A stretch of 24,956 nucleotides of DNA, from positions 1 to 24,956 of IMG/VR virus record IMGVR_UViG_3300044695_005728. The stretch is one strand, 5' to 3'. Position numbers and translations under genes: made by a program. Positions 23,529 to 24,956 of the stretch are shown one piece after another. The first letter of the stretch is position 1, and each line of letters starts with the position of its first letter. Origin of the DNA: a virus. Lineage: Duplodnaviria; Caudoviricetes. The notes under the pieces were generated by a model. The model saw only the letters and a program-made list of their open reading frames with translations, was not told the DNA's origin and ran no database searches.

Positions 23529-24956
23529 ATTCATATATCCCCTTATAAAAAGCGCCACATATAGCATCATAGTTATCTGAAGTATAACTTGTTAAAGATA
23601 GCCAAATTAAAAAATGTAAAAATAATATTTTCATTTTTTTATCTTGTCCTATTAAATCAAAAAATAAATCTTCCATTTCTTCCCAGCCACTACTGTCTAT
23701 AGATAGCTCTACTTCATTATCTAATATTTTTAATTCAAAATTATGAGAATTAAATTGGTCATAATTTCCTTTTATTGAATAGTATAATTTAGCCCAATCA
23801 TAGTCAACATCTCCAAATAAAGATGTTTCTCCAAAATATCCACGAGGATCTATTAAAAAAGTATTAAAATTATTATCTATAATTACATTTGAAAAGGTTG
23901 TATCTCCATGAATTAAATTAAATTTATTTGGAATAAAGTCTTTATAATTTAGTTTAATTAAATCAAATGACTTAAAAATATTTCTGCATTTTTTACCATT
24001 TATTTTTATAAACTCATTCTCAATAAAGGGAATTAAATCTTGAACGATTAAAACTCTTTCATATGTTTTTTCAATGTAGTTTTTATAAACTGAACGTTCA
24101 TCCACTCTTTCTTCTTCAACTAAACTATGCAAGTCTTTGATGGTCTTTACTATATTTTTTAATATAGTAGATTTATTCTCATAAGAAATATTATTATCTA
24201 CTAAACTAATAGATTCTAGACGCTCTATTTGAAATGGATCAAAAGAATATACTTTTGGTATATTTGAATAGTTATTTCTAATAACAAAATTATACCAATT
24301 TTTTTCTTTTTTAGCAAGATCAATGCCAGTTTTATCTAGTGGAACTTTTTCAACTATTGTATCTGTAAATATAACCCTATTAAAAGGTCTGCTTTTTTTA
24401 TTTTTTATTTCATTATCTTCATATTCTTTCCTAAGTCCAAATTCTTTTGTACTGAACAAAGGTATTTCAACAAAAGACTTTCTTTTTTCCTTTAACCATC
24501 TAACAAACTCCCCAGATCTTGGAACTAAATTCAACTCATACTTATTCTTAAATATAAAAAATCCAGCTACTCCTTGATTGATAGAAGGTGTCTCTATTAG
24601 AGATTTTTCTATATAAGACCACCTACAATTAAAGTCCTGAGAAATTCCTATGAAATTAGTACTAACTTCCTTTGGTAGCTCTATATCGCTTAGAATTAAA
24701 TCAGACCATATCAAAACGAAAGGCTCATCTTCTTCTATAAAAAATAGTGAGTCTTCTATCCCAGAACAAGTACCAGACTCATTTGTTTTAATTATATTAA
24801 ATTTTACTTTCGCATATTTTTTGAGGTACCTTTTAAATACCTCATGCTTATAGTCTGATATAATTATAAATTCTGAGTCTGGAAATTTGTCAAACAAGTG
24901 AAATAATATTGGCTTTCCATTTACTGAGACTAATGCTTTTGGCTTATTAAAGGTAT
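23497..24956 (-). CDS. Nucleotidyltransferase + APH/choline-kinase-like phosphotransferase fusion (5' end outside the window)
   Basis: The frame is open to the right edge: ...TFNKPKALVSVNGKPILFHLFDKFP (NTP-transferase N-terminal signature) and WSDL. The C-terminal half has the kinase-like IHGDTTFSN and LIDPRGYFG motifs. Confidence 0.85.
   Translation of the reverse strand, partial: TFNKPKALVSVNGKPILFHLFDKFPDSEFIIISDYKHEVFKRYLKKYAKVKFNIIKTNESGTCSGIEDSLFFIEEDEPFVLIWSDLILSDIELPKEVSTNFIGISQDFNCRWSYIEKSLIETPSINQGVAGFFIFKNKYELNLVPRSGEFVRWLKEKRKSFVEIPLFSTKEFGLRKEYEDNEIKNKKSRPFNRVIFTDTIVEKVPLDKTGIDLAKKEKNWYNFVIRNNYSNIPKVYSFDPFQIERLESISLVDNNISYENKSTILKNIVKTIKDLHSLVEEERVDERSVYKNYIEKTYERVLIVQDLIPFIENEFIKINGKKCRNIFKSFDLIKLNYKDFIPNKFNLIHGDTTFSNVIIDNNFNTFLIDPRGYFGETSLFGDVDYDWAKLYYSIKGNYDQFNSHNFELKILDNEVELSIDSSGWEEMEDLFFDLIGQDKKMKILFLHFLIWLSLTSYTSDNYDAICGAFYKGIYEYERYFSESNK

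Larger units (their letters stand above)
1..24956. mobile_element. Segment of a large tailed phage/prophage genome (SPbeta-like replication arm plus accessory metabolic genes)
   Basis: Densely packed co-oriented genes encoding a self-contained replisome (DnaE, primase, DnaB, RecJ, Sak4-like ATPase, SSB-like), RNR, dUTPase and a phage-type RuvC, with many small hypotheticals and no bacterial housekeeping operon context. No integrase or att site lies in the window, so free phage and prophage cannot be distinguished. Confidence 0.9.

Noticed and set aside
280-24853. All + strand ORFs in the track (280-471, 1303-1527, 2803-3042, 6086-6289, 6566-7379, 7729-8619, 9508-9834, 12571-12807, 18122-19105, 20141-21275, 24323-24853)
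   Set aside because: They lie antisense to well-supported - strand genes, have no recognisable motifs, and show the Ser/Leu/Ile/Phe-rich composition of shadow frames.
1-24956. Stop-codon reassignment, tRNA genes, CRISPR arrays or long repeats
   Set aside because: Long genes translate intact in the standard code and end in TAA, TAG and TGA. Intergenic gaps are short and explained by promoters and terminators. No repeat array or cloverleaf was seen.
19891-24956. Interpretation as a chromosomal capsule/O-antigen locus
   Set aside because: No wzx/wzy/ABC export or membrane genes are present, the genes run directly into phage-type RNR and replication genes, and the GT-like families look viral.

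Overview
This window looks like part of a large, AT-rich tailed-phage (or prophage) genome with a Firmicutes-type expression signature: strong GGAGG Shine-Dalgarno sites, near-perfect TTGACA-N17-TATAAT promoters and the standard code with TGA as stop. The 3' end of a + strand gene (probably structural) converges at about 280-300 on a long - strand arm. Read right to left, that arm carries: (i) a sugar-nucleotide/glycosylation island (nucleotidyltransferase-kinase fusion, KpsF/GutQ-like SIS isomerase, HAD phosphatase, putative glycosyltransferase, gmd, fcl); (ii) a Bacillus-type class Ib ribonucleotide reductase operon nrdIEF; (iii) an ORF pair joined by an apparent -1 frameshift at an A9G run; (iv) a second putative glycosyltransferase; (v) a replication module in the order of phage SPbeta yorF-yorL (SSB-like, Sak4-like ATPase, Zn-finger protein, DnaB helicase, primase, RecJ, DnaE), interrupted by a beta-rich protein and speD; (vi) three small hypotheticals, dUTPase and a RuvC-like resolvase. 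The best leads are a candidate phage NDP-pentose (arabinose-like) plus GDP-fucose glycosylation system tied transcriptionally to dNTP supply, the A_AAA_AAG frameshift fusion, and two accessory genes whose SD sites point at AUA/AUC codons. All family assignments come from motif recognition by eye; no database search was run.
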